Below are positions 22,601 through 28,582 of a stretch of 64,000 bases of DNA, one piece after another. The stretch is from a virus. Taxonomy: Duplodnaviria; Caudoviricetes. The first letter of the stretch is position 1. Every line of letters begins with the position of its first letter. Below the pieces are notes generated by a model, which saw only the letters and a list, made by a program, of their open reading frames with translations, searched no databases and had not been told where the DNA came from. Made by a program: the position numbers and the translations under genes. Location: the IMG/VR virus record IMGVR_UViG_3300022661_000051; one strand, given 5' to 3'.

Positions 22601-24158
22601 TAGAGCTGATGAAGAAGAAGAAGAAGCAACTACTACAACAACAGCAGTACCTGAAGATACAGCACCTGCAAATAGTGGAGCATCTTTATTAACACAAATC
22701 GGAGATTATAGCGGTAAACTCGTAAAACAAATTTACGGCGATTACTATACAGCATTATTTGGTGATGATTCGAGTGACGGTAACAGTGGTAATAATAATT
22801 ATGAAAATAGCGATGTTATTGCAGATTTATCGTTGCATGACACAAATGCTATTGGACAGATAGTTTACACTGCAGCTGCAGTATGGAAAGCTATGGGTCC
22901 AGTTTCGTATAGTAATTATGTTGTCGATACAATTACAGTTAATGGTAGATCAGTTAAAGCAAGAAGAGACTGTTCTGGATTTATGTCTGGTGTGGTTCAT
23001 GCTTTAGGTTATAAAACTATTAACGATTGGGGTGGAAATGATAGCATGCAGGCTCATAATTTCCATTCAGTAAATATCGGAGACTTTATTAAAAATGAAG
23101 ATGGATCTGATACTGATGACTGGGTAGTATTCCCACTGAAAAGTATCGATGATCTTAATCCTGGAGATATCGTTTCCAGTACAGAACATTGTGAAATGTT
23201 TTTGTATAAGACTGGAAATAACGAATACCAGCAATTCGGATTTAATGCCGGCGATGACGACCCTATTAAGAAAAGTTACAATTTCGCTACCGCCCTTCTT
23301 AATGTTGCGGCTAAACATAGTTCCAATGGAGAATTTGTTGGGCCTCATGCAGATGTTAAGCGCATAATAGAAGAGGCGAGACAGACAGCATCGGCAACAT
23401 CTGTTTTATGGGCGGGATGTTCAGGTTGGGAACATAAACCAAGAATGGATATGGTTTGTCGTTATAGAGGAAGAGCCGCAGGTCCGATTGAAAAGTCTGA
23501 GTATGCTAATAGCGGTAACGGAAGAGGCAAAAATATCAAATCTTCCACATCAGCAAGAGCTAACTCGTCAATGTCGAATCAAGAAAAATTTCAATCAAGA
23601 TTTAATAATAAATTATCTAAAAACAGACGACATGATCCTCCTATCCTTAATTCTAATAGACTTGCTACCGCATCTAGTACAAAATTAAGTCCATATTCAA
23701 CACAATATTACGAATCTCATAAACATCAAATCCAGAATTCTGTTCGTACAGGCGGTAGAGGAATTAACAATAATGGACACTATTCCAATATTAATCCTTC
23801 TACTGGTCTTCCATACGAGTCAGACTACGAGACAAATAATTATTCAACTACTACATACAATAATAATTCTAACACATCAAATTCACAGGATATGAGTGCT
23901 ATGATTGCAATACTTGAAACTATTGCCGATAATAGTGCTAAGACAGATCAGATTGTTCAGCTCCTCGCTGCAATTGTTACAAACACTTCAGTAGATTTGT
24001 CTAAGTCTAATGAAAGTAACAATAAAATTCGTAATTTGATTAATCAAATGAAGAATAACAATTCTAGTTCGTCAGCTCCTGTAATGGGTTTAAATAATAT
24101 ACTTTCTAATAATGGAACTAATATAGCTGATGCAGTTTATGCTATTGCAAAAAGTTAA
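10635..24158 (+). CDS. giant tape-measure-like tail protein (~4500 aa) with C-terminal C39-like peptidase, phage tail lysozyme and NlpC/P60-like amidase domains
   Basis: Long helical K/A/G-rich body with Gly-zipper hydrophobic segments. YQ..SGCGPAAAATVL..HYVV..D (~21135-21625); IMGNMQRESG..GFGLIQWS (~21850-22425); RDCSGF..PGDIV..HCEM (~22900-23470). ATG 10635 after GGAGG. Confidence 0.85.
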   Translation: MLKIKEYAKNVGKSVVYTASEVLGEEYSTVKDFTTTNQEIFKEAYGAVRDYRTTFARVKKTVEQSDVYVAANLDIKNLFEDIKSGKFYNKERDLEYESKFGGDLVKDTGWDMDSEDFDWSDNADITAGDKVIATAIKKNNKLSTAIMADVITTGNKAIVDTSRDNTTMLFVQQERLMNKFGGKLDTITSIMKNQNEASSKMQSQHFQNSAKFMTNIEKKTDKIVAQLDEMLQMQRQVYQSQNQQEKERKRNTVTDIASSGIPNLREYGKQIKSNAYDFINQLSGGALQMTGAMEGANILAMFAASPLKMAVESVVRKSISSEFKSASKGFNENLRGSFSNLMSRAYNARMNDEDKFAQMLGSIFGLKFDKESDTMDTGKFNKGPVPFDGITKKAVTEVIPFYLRKMTSMITGEDEQIFDYKTGKWTTVKAVQKRHNDWKDAGHKQAFGDILSVMHESIGKSPNAVMTSKFSQDRLDEQMDKFQRALYRTNGDFNSILNKPMEYGLDSDFVNFIKKIFRDNESQGQYYYKTEEVTGAKGRTRTKVTGIDRSRGAGGVRTGVNVRNAISNYARTAFDTKAQRAQTFRDMERDPDILERILYSEGILGDPTKDKNIMGVRNQHGDFNMERAFKSPFAQAMLYVQDNNGYNLFDYLRHMKIDLSAIRNNGLFGLGSTTTDTSNMMEFEKTKDYKPKFNYKYGGSGREKDEKRKARDYDNYNQKYINAVKEWEEKGRIGPKPRKAEDYVDLAGFIADQHDKLERDLKKDFDNNKKNKKNIYDTLADWGLMTKEEARKYTDKNFDPKRSLTEQLRGEVGGMSKLAILGDYARQMVQKPWEAATDAVIKTDVWLHNLFFEHAFKRTKEDGEVVEEKGLFGMMKEKFKQGFEDLTDKISNKISNAVEKLNEKFGEKFFKPVKEFLLGKRADSESDYQGGLLSGVLNAGRKYFKKNAEDVKNYAKRTLKDTKDSIFGKKSEETDSVTPEPDVPIKYYQDTAKKKALMAAIKEFEAVYWDSPLLSIYENFYPNHVKIFPSNTAIKKYILWCEAHKIPEKEVATAGPMKKYFFDITTDHSSKHYQSIINSINRLDRLKDRKLKVIPEGEEVPAYDNLASDQTVLAKATESKYRRKKVKSPEDLRKELLKKGVFPAENASEAIAEYINWLSSQGISLDRGLDKNNISRFQSKNKQFASSERRDEMIEAIRSRTATLRAKHGREAINSNQDTTTTTTNSADTIFNHVENVKKNNEILEKILSPLNKISSLLEKIANLPVVGNNNPPSGMAKGGINTGSAFPSVLSPGETLTVPGRGTATIQKTGIYNIPTGGIVVNPKGAAGRSADAARERAFVNKLSFNAEPGGKDSNLVKINEYVNGSEGQELIGNAMARGTMGLGAGILLGGPLLGAGIGIASAFANKSNGFANAIFGTATGEVDENGKLKRHDDGLLSKELQKAIPDIKKFGLLGALAGLITPFGPVGGLLIGSAAGFAKNNGLIQETLFGEGGLIDPKKKEKLKKALPAMGLGALAGAFLGPFGLLGNALLGSAAGFVTTTDSFKDAVLGKQGPDGKRIGGFVGLLKKSVDPLKNFGSTIINGTLDAIFGKKKGEGEDAKREGGIFGMLKDQVVMPLAEGIKPIIQEIKNRFKDITNFAKDRIKKFSDSHVGGHLTDKLSNAGAGLARAGIGIAKGAAWVGATPLMAGAHAIKGLGNHLRRKQIRRGRASDLTADERIAFRQRNFLAGEVDEYSEFDQALSTMSKTRSVEEMKRVRDMMGMLAGREDMVNDELVNAKKTMSDQFDNYLQGSGRKGKTGTAQIMKQINRGNFEGALKLIERGDFDTRKGTPLSDADKANMIQAVHDLANTNKLAKERVANIKASGVDIEKTLMDELGIKFDPRNKKMIRQYQEMINRDIVHKEAGEKLTGERDPLKNNTIAVDRLTEVLEDSLKVQLGEDEAIRKKYKIRNKKKAWNSMSHAERLEAISKNPDEWKEISQNTDNGEALTGYNEAIKDLRRKKDNELFDTFKEKGPEGTADYIYRSLGTSAAKIWDDSVKDNPHLMSKSGKYTLVLDGDIYEWTNKEEHEKMREAYIRKYVLTKIQNPADRERVAKAMLKSEVKFKGLAKPFATFEKLGIGKTAAILMAGPLAVGGVVGASLALKGAKAASPHIKNAAFNLKQKAKIGAGNLKQKLNYDPTDEELDVNAQYAKLSAEEKEEIRNNGGIAKWRQNYLKSHKRGLIAEAKRKLYYDPADKINKKIRKDYSKLSDTEKDEIRSNGGIAKWRESKLKDYYKQDKPGLLVGVRNRVVASEKRIKNGEASGTDRIIAAINKGVKTLGDIVHKDDKKEPSKLTKWLSSAFGIGKLVVGVPLMVGFMHQTLMPFLKNKVGPWILGKKNQEGEYEGGLFSGIVNPLKNWFGKKFANVKHWFANTGPYTDPNTGWSGALIGVKNIFAKVVDTWKVGAEVLIEKWVPRIVETLTANLVPTLVAALKGAAKGIWGFLTKKDGQTEVGSTAFNLESFTPGGYNDPSSGGSGSASKSSIVIPNTITGSTKSIGTMESTSVKPSGTSSKNMYFGPKGVIEDDTAAATGGSKMGAAYPNPPSQLKAAATNDNDVVEGGKDKAGQTVYYAKSDKKKKNPLRKGVDGKYYSAADLIEMADPSLVGDENWDAMLNEDADNADPNDALDTHNTVLKRMAWAMTTKAGRKSMGRAGRVLGKFSKGFSKILPVWAKPAGWAGRVLGKGMDTVGSLSEKGASKAKAKLIERASKHAATNTAATSAVDNVVTKSKVPGGAMMDDVADIATSKPKAGAMMDDISDVAGKKFKNGALMDDVADIAGKPKANKIGAMMDDVADIATPKAGGKKASKLAGLVDKIKKPFANKGAGKSKVGEKVLKEAAEEAGEGAAKKTAKNVVKEAAESATKSKNAGVIGKILDLIKGALKKLFNSKAFTKVLGSKGGTIAKKAVGAIGKIISGLKTKLDDLAAKAIAKIASKLGIQVGAAATGVGVVINIAMYIGSFISGCSDARNILGIISEPTALEKALAGVVAFITDNFLIVIPRSTVASIVIDILGPIIAKEEYEEFKQKQEEDQKRLQEFNQIHGTDYTLEEYNYKYNRTMLQKIGDGAKKALKLAGKGLKASTKFLLANPVEKAKTVVKVAKKAGKKVKGGIKKLGKGIKKLFGNAEADEGLEPFLDDDGMLAIPDEAEEMIDSEGVPVEDETNNLTFINRHPILNFVNKAKSVLSGDMSIIEALKSSTEDNAKNFKEIIANNPLIGTVTNGFNDIKSLLSGEKSVGEVIKGGIKRKAGGIKSLIGKLKETTIGKAISSKVDTIKTGISNAKSVIKGDMSIKDAIKSTFGKGVDNAKSVIGDFGIGDALNKATGGFKQVGNFIKKFTSQNKTNNDSIDSGKIDPSNPKFWEIKDPQSGNPFIDSMFKMKENMSRLIKAPFSMVAETMSNVNNVIGPSGISESSSSSSGSSDEATKDKSGKLSIWQRIKNKFKGIFGKGKDEDRESGKGDDGHIYQRDYTGSFQTPGDTESQSLADSGCGPAAAATVLNRYGKKGNMRSAAKFATANGYKEVNGGTYPEYFKDYLNRNGITANETQSNEEVINSLANGKPVIMMGQDRKNKGTTPYGSEYSHYVVATGLDRNGNVIVEDSEDKRGQTRYNLGEVLKNTSVKITTGGHGKFGRGDSALSVLSNYSSSMVKAIYGPYYSALFGDDDAPTGGNSTNNTIYSSGNKGSTNMNYDADITDSGETESRKKIIWDYFVKNGFSDTLAAAIMGNMQRESGFNPSISEIASGVKANRVEDIPHNRMGTHVNGSGMGFGLIQWSYAEGHAALYNWCTGNNCDPNTLDGQVKWVVAQMKGTNIEAATNTNNAAMFNGADGHGTMSWNYDLIKRKGGLEGFNNMSISEAVTAFYDCVERGWNRDSDIKLSIGYANNIYNQFASGSGKGKGSNTDHTSPTISSRPSGRANKRYNRQEFINTKIGKRAARYGYGIRRYGSGKYGRADEEEEEATTTTTAVPEDTAPANSGASLLTQIGDYSGKLVKQIYGDYYTALFGDDSSDGNSGNNNYENSDVIADLSLHDTNAIGQIVYTAAAVWKAMGPVSYSNYVVDTITVNGRSVKARRDCSGFMSGVVHALGYKTINDWGGNDSMQAHNFHSVNIGDFIKNEDGSDTDDWVVFPLKSIDDLNPGDIVSSTEHCEMFLYKTGNNEYQQFGFNAGDDDPIKKSYNFATALLNVAAKHSSNGEFVGPHADVKRIIEEARQTASATSVLWAGCSGWEHKPRMDMVCRYRGRAAGPIEKSEYANSGNGRGKNIKSSTSARANSSMSNQEKFQSRFNNKLSKNRRHDPPILNSNRLATASSTKLSPYSTQYYESHKHQIQNSVRTGGRGINNNGHYSNINPSTGLPYESDYETNNYSTTTYNNNSNTSNSQDMSAMIAILETIADNSAKTDQIVQLLAAIVTNTSVDLSKSNESNNKIRNLINQMKNNNSSSSAPVMGLNNILSNNGTNIADAVYAIAKS
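18957..19148 (+). repeat. four tandem coding repeats GAMMDDVADIA
   Basis: Units start at 18957, 19008, 19059 and 19116 with near-identical DNA (gcaatgatggatgatgttgctgacatcgca). Confidence 0.9.
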
Positions 24159-24164
24159 ATAATT

Positions 24165-24192
24165 CGAGGTAGGGCTAGCCCTACCTCGTTTT
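24165..24192 (+). terminator. intrinsic terminator
   Basis: CGAGGTAGGG-ctag-CCCTACCTCG-TTTT. Confidence 0.75.
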
Positions 24193-24197
24193 ACCCG

Positions 24198-24209
24198 AAC
24201 AATTTATTA
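24198..24209 (+). promoter_or_regulatory. late-type promoter
   Basis: AACA-ATTTAT-TA. Confidence 0.7.
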
Positions 24210-24236
24210 ATATCTTAGAAAGGATGTGAATCTATT

Positions 24237-26402
24237 ATGGCAACAGCGCAGGATGTTTGTAATGCTACTGGAGGGACGACTACTTGTGCAGTTAACGTAG
24301 CATATGATATAACGTCAATGCTCGAAATCGATAAAAAGAAAAATAATAAACTGTTATCATATCAATTTCTCGCAAAACAAGAAATTCCTGTATATAGTGA
24401 CAGATCTATGGGTAGATGTACAGGAGATATCATATTAAGAATGAAACCTGGTACTGTTTATAATATTAGTGATATAGAAATGGCTAGTAAAATGGTCGGT
24501 AATACAACATATGCTGACCCAGATTCAAGATCATGGTCTGCTAAAATTATGATCTATCCAGATGGAAATGGAGAAGCTATGACTTCAGTTGTTAACGGTT
24601 ATATAGCTCTCAATCAGGGAACATCTGATAATTTTAATTTTGGAGCATATATGTTATTAGGTGAGTATAACACCCTCGGCCTTAATGTTCGAAATATAGA
24701 TGATTTTCCTGAAAACTCACTAATTAAGCAATTAAATGCTATTCCGTTAATTACTAGTGACTACAAATTGAATCTATCTCAAGTTTCAGATATTAATGAG
24801 CTTAGAGATTTTAATAATAAAAATGCTAATTCTGCATTTGGCGGTGGAGGTTATCAACTTCCAACTCCAATAATCAAGAGCTATTATGCTACAATGCCTA
24901 CTAGCTGGAAGGTTGGATCCGGTATTCAAGAAGTTGAAGATTATAATGCATCTCTCGATTCTATGGATATATCTAAACTTCGAGGAGTTTTTGGAATGCC
25001 ATTTCAATGGCTTCCGACTACCGACTGTCGAGTAGATGGTTCCGAGGATGAGCATGTATTCGGAACCGCTTATACCGAAGCTATTGCTAGTAGATTACCG
25101 CTATTATATTTAACTCCAGGTACTCCTACATTTCTGGCAGATAGTAAATCTGGACGAGATACTCTTATTTCTGATGTAGTTCAGTCTATTGCTGGGTCTA
25201 ATACGGATCATCTTAATAATCTTTTGGATGGGTATGCTGGAAAGTTTTATTCTATCGAACCATTATACTCGGAATATTTTAAATATGTAAATCCAATGTG
25301 TAGAATGGGTGCAATCTTTTTAGGACTTGAACCTCCTGCAGATGCAACAGATGAGGAACGAGATTATTATAAGATCGATGGTTATCTTCCTAAAAATTAC
25401 AATTGGGCTTGGAATAATAATGGCGATTATAATGGAGATTATAGTGGTAATGAGGACGGTGGTTCAAACAATACAGGATTTGGAAGTGTCGCTGCGGGAC
25501 TTAGAGACTTACAGAAAGCTATATACTACAGAAATGCTATTCCGTTCTATATAAATTCTGATACTCAGTTTACAGATAACTTTACAAACGAAACAACAGA
25601 ATCTTCTCTCGCTTCATCAATCAACGGTCTTTCAGATAAGGCTAGAGAACTACAATATCTTATTGGCACAACAACAAATGTTGTTGCTCAACAATTTGAT
25701 GCTGCTCAGAATGTTCTTGCTAACTCAAGAGAAGCTGTTGAAAATTTTGTTGCTAAATTTACCGATAGCGGAAATATATTTAGCGGTCTTTTCAAAAACA
25801 TTAAGACTGTTGTTTCTGGCGGTAGATTACAATTTCCAAATATATGGTCGAATGCAACTTTCGGAAGATCTTATAGTGTTACGATAAATCTTGCTACTCC
25901 GAATCCAGACAAAATGTCTTGGTGGTTGTATATATACGTTCCATTGTGTCATTTAATCGCATTGGTTGCTCCTCGCGGAGAATTCCAAAATGGATATACT
26001 GCGCCATTTATAGTAAAAGCTTTTTATAAGACATATAATATCGATATGGGAATAATAACCGATATGCAGATTACTAAGGGTAAAGATGGAGGTTGGACTA
26101 AAGATGGACTTCCAACATCAGTATCTGTACAGTTTACTATTCAAGATCTATATCAATCATTATCCCTTACTCCAGCGGGACCATTGTTCAAATCGAATGT
26201 AATGCAGAATATCGCAGAGTTAGACTATCTCGCTAACCTCTGTGGTATCAATATTAATGAGCCAGATACTATCAGAATGGTTTCGATGTATGTAACGTTA
26301 AACATTCAAGACGTATTCCTAGATGTACCTACCAACATTACTACAGGAATGGGTAATAAAATTTCTAACAAACTTTCCGCAATTTACCAGGCATTTGTTT
26401 AA
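24237..26402 (+). CDS. putative baseplate / tail-tube-fold structural protein
   Basis: Follows the tape measure; C-terminal FGRSYSVTINL...DGLPTSVSVQFTIQDL resembles tube-initiator-type proteins; late promoter. Confidence 0.55.
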   Translation: MATAQDVCNATGGTTTCAVNVAYDITSMLEIDKKKNNKLLSYQFLAKQEIPVYSDRSMGRCTGDIILRMKPGTVYNISDIEMASKMVGNTTYADPDSRSWSAKIMIYPDGNGEAMTSVVNGYIALNQGTSDNFNFGAYMLLGEYNTLGLNVRNIDDFPENSLIKQLNAIPLITSDYKLNLSQVSDINELRDFNNKNANSAFGGGGYQLPTPIIKSYYATMPTSWKVGSGIQEVEDYNASLDSMDISKLRGVFGMPFQWLPTTDCRVDGSEDEHVFGTAYTEAIASRLPLLYLTPGTPTFLADSKSGRDTLISDVVQSIAGSNTDHLNNLLDGYAGKFYSIEPLYSEYFKYVNPMCRMGAIFLGLEPPADATDEERDYYKIDGYLPKNYNWAWNNNGDYNGDYSGNEDGGSNNTGFGSVAAGLRDLQKAIYYRNAIPFYINSDTQFTDNFTNETTESSLASSINGLSDKARELQYLIGTTTNVVAQQFDAAQNVLANSREAVENFVAKFTDSGNIFSGLFKNIKTVVSGGRLQFPNIWSNATFGRSYSVTINLATPNPDKMSWWLYIYVPLCHLIALVAPRGEFQNGYTAPFIVKAFYKTYNIDMGIITDMQITKGKDGGWTKDGLPTSVSVQFTIQDLYQSLSLTPAGPLFKSNVMQNIAELDYLANLCGININEPDTIRMVSMYVTLNIQDVFLDVPTNITTGMGNKISNKLSAIYQAFV

Positions 26403-26418
26403 AAATAAACCTCCCTGA

Positions 26419-26430
26419 AACAATAGAATA
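26419..26430 (+). promoter_or_regulatory. late-type promoter
   Basis: AACA-ATAGAA-TA. Confidence 0.7.
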
Positions 26431-26468
26431 AGAGCATGTATTCTTATTCTATTGTAGGAGGTGATTTT

Positions 26469-27176
26469 ATGTCAAAGTCTATAAAACAAAAACAGAAAGA
26501 ATATGAAGAGAAATATGCTGGTATTCCTCTAGATTTGGAGGGTCGTTTAAATTATATGTATGACACCATGAAGATAGATGATCGAACAGCTCAAGCTATC
26601 TTAATGGAACGAGAGAGAAGAATGAATTCTCTATACTATACACAAATAAAAATAGTATTATACCAAGAACCTCAAGGAGCAAAACGTCCTAGATATCGAA
26701 TTATTAATAGAAGTAATGTTTTATCGGCAGCGAAGCTTGATCCAAGCTTTGTTCATGTTTATTCTCCAGATGCAGCGGATAATCATAATTATATGAGAAG
26801 AATGATTACAGATGACGATTTTAATAAAATATCACATCTTATATGTACTCCATGTGATGTGGAGTATAGGGCTTATTTTCCAACACCAAAAGATTTTAAC
26901 AAAGTCGAAACTTTCATGGCTGAGATCGGATTGTCTCGACCTCTAGTAAAGCCTGACTTTGATAATATAGAAAAAGTGTATGCTGATATGTATAACGCTA
27001 ATATCTGGATCGATGACGTTCTTACTATAAGAGGATTAATAGACAAGTTTTATTCTATTCTTCCTAGAGTAGAGATCGATCTAAAATATCTTAATGCCGT
27101 ATATAATAAAAAACAATACAATAGTATAATCAAGCGGAAGGATTATACTCCAGACATGAATTTATATTACATATAA
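26469..27176 (+). CDS. rusA: RusA-like Holliday junction resolvase
   Basis: EPQGAKRPR and KPDFDNIEKVYADMYNANIWIDD match the RusA KPDxDN...D...DD signature; ATG 26469 after AGGAGG. Confidence 0.8.
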   Translation: MSKSIKQKQKEYEEKYAGIPLDLEGRLNYMYDTMKIDDRTAQAILMERERRMNSLYYTQIKIVLYQEPQGAKRPRYRIINRSNVLSAAKLDPSFVHVYSPDAADNHNYMRRMITDDDFNKISHLICTPCDVEYRAYFPTPKDFNKVETFMAEIGLSRPLVKPDFDNIEKVYADMYNANIWIDDVLTIRGLIDKFYSILPRVEIDLKYLNAVYNKKQYNSIIKRKDYTPDMNLYYI

Positions 27177-27190
27177 AGGAGGACCTTAAA

Positions 27191-27571
27191 ATGAGTAGTA
27201 CATATATGTACGGCGGATCCGGTAGATCCGTTGTTAATGAAATGACTAAAATAAGAAAATACTTTTGGAGAGAGATATATACAAAAGAAGAATTAAGAAA
27301 CGATCTTATTGAAAGATTAAAGACGACTTTTGCGTATAGCGACATCGATTTCGATACACAGAGTATGCAGATCAATATCGATAATAAAAGAAGAGTTGAA
27401 TCTTCAATGGAAGTAAATACTAAGCTAACAATAGCATTTACTAACTTTCTTAATAATCTTGAGCATGCTGGAGTTATAAACGGTAGTTTATATCGTATGT
27501 GCATCGGAAATGTTTCTATGATGTTTCTTATGAGACTGAATCATAAAACAAATATTATAGTAGGACTTTAA
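27191..27571 (+). CDS. hypothetical protein
   Basis: 126-aa ORF with AAGGAGG RBS. Confidence 0.75.
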   Translation: MSSTYMYGGSGRSVVNEMTKIRKYFWREIYTKEELRNDLIERLKTTFAYSDIDFDTQSMQINIDNKRRVESSMEVNTKLTIAFTNFLNNLEHAGVINGSLYRMCIGNVSMMFLMRLNHKTNIIVGL

Positions 27572-27581
27572 AAAATAAAAT

Positions 27582-27607
27582 CCCTGGAGGAGTAATCTCC
27601 TCCAGGG
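27582..27607. terminator. bidirectional terminator between convergent genes
   Basis: CCCTGGAGGAG-taat-CTCCTCCAGGG. Confidence 0.75.
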
Positions 27608-27613
27608 TATCTT

Positions 27614-28543
27614 TTACGATTTTAAGTCATTAAGCATTTCTTCGATGTACGCTTCATCGATATTAGCGATCTTACATGTATCAAGAGTTGTAAGGAATGT
27701 AAACATTACTTCACAATGTTCAACGACCTTATCCATATTAAGAGATGCATTTTCAACAAAGATCTTCTTAGCCTCTTCATTCTTAAGAGCCTGTCTTGAT
27801 ACAGCATAAACCATAGCTTCGAGGACATTCTGTACTTTGCCTTCTCTTATATCCATGATCTGACGCTGACCGATGAATGCATGAGATTCAGCAAGGGCTG
27901 TACCGTTTGCTTTTTCTCTGCTCTTCTCGATCTTCTCTTTTGTATTAGCAAGAACATTCTTTATTTCCATCTTACCTTTAGTATTAGAGTCGATGAATTT
28001 CTGTGTAGCATTCATTACTCTGTTTCTAATAGTATCGATAGCCTTATCTGCTGATACATTGTCAAGAGATTTGAAGAATTTCTCTTTGTCTTTCTTATCA
28101 ATTGTAAGAGAAGACTTATCCTTAGGATCTGCCTTCTCCATAATAGATGTTACGCTGTTATTGATCACGTATGCCAATTCCGAAAGCATATATGATGCAG
28201 ATTTAAATCTGTTCAAGAGATCAAAAGATCCTTCTTCCTGAACAAAGTTTGTTGCGAGCTGTCTTACAAGAGTCTGATTATATTCCTCTTTAAGAATAAT
28301 AGAATCGATACAAGACGACACCAAGCAAACAATAGATTCTGTAACAAGAGCATCTGTTACTGATTTCTTAAAATCGCTTAATGCAGTAGATTCTGATTCT
28401 CTTGAATAGAGCATCTTATAAAAATCATTTTCAGCTGATTGTTCAAGAGCTATATCGTTAGCCTTTCTCTGAGCTTTGAGCTGCGCTTTTTTATCGGCAA
28501 CTTCATTTTCTCTAAAGATAAGTTCGAGTTCTTCTTTAGTCAT
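27614..28543 (-). CDS. putative late structural or scaffold-like helical protein
   Basis: 309 aa, AAGGAGG RBS, own late promoter. Confidence 0.65.
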   Translation of the reverse strand: MTKEELELIFRENEVADKKAQLKAQRKANDIALEQSAENDFYKMLYSRESESTALSDFKKSVTDALVTESIVCLVSSCIDSIILKEEYNQTLVRQLATNFVQEEGSFDLLNRFKSASYMLSELAYVINNSVTSIMEKADPKDKSSLTIDKKDKEKFFKSLDNVSADKAIDTIRNRVMNATQKFIDSNTKGKMEIKNVLANTKEKIEKSREKANGTALAESHAFIGQRQIMDIREGKVQNVLEAMVYAVSRQALKNEEAKKIFVENASLNMDKVVEHCEVMFTFLTTLDTCKIANIDEAYIEEMLNDLKS

Positions 28544-28570
28544 ATTTTAACCTCCTTATTCGGTTTAATT

Positions 28571-28582
28571 TATTATAATGTT
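28571..28582 (-). promoter_or_regulatory. late-type promoter
   Basis: AACA-TTATAA-TA. Confidence 0.7.

Noticed and set aside
10851-23688. Many 60-300 aa antisense and alternate-frame ORFs inside the giant gene (e.g. 18644-19498, 19913-20806), and similar ones inside other long CDSs
   Set aside because: Fully nested shadows of a codon-biased coding frame, with no motif or evident expression signals
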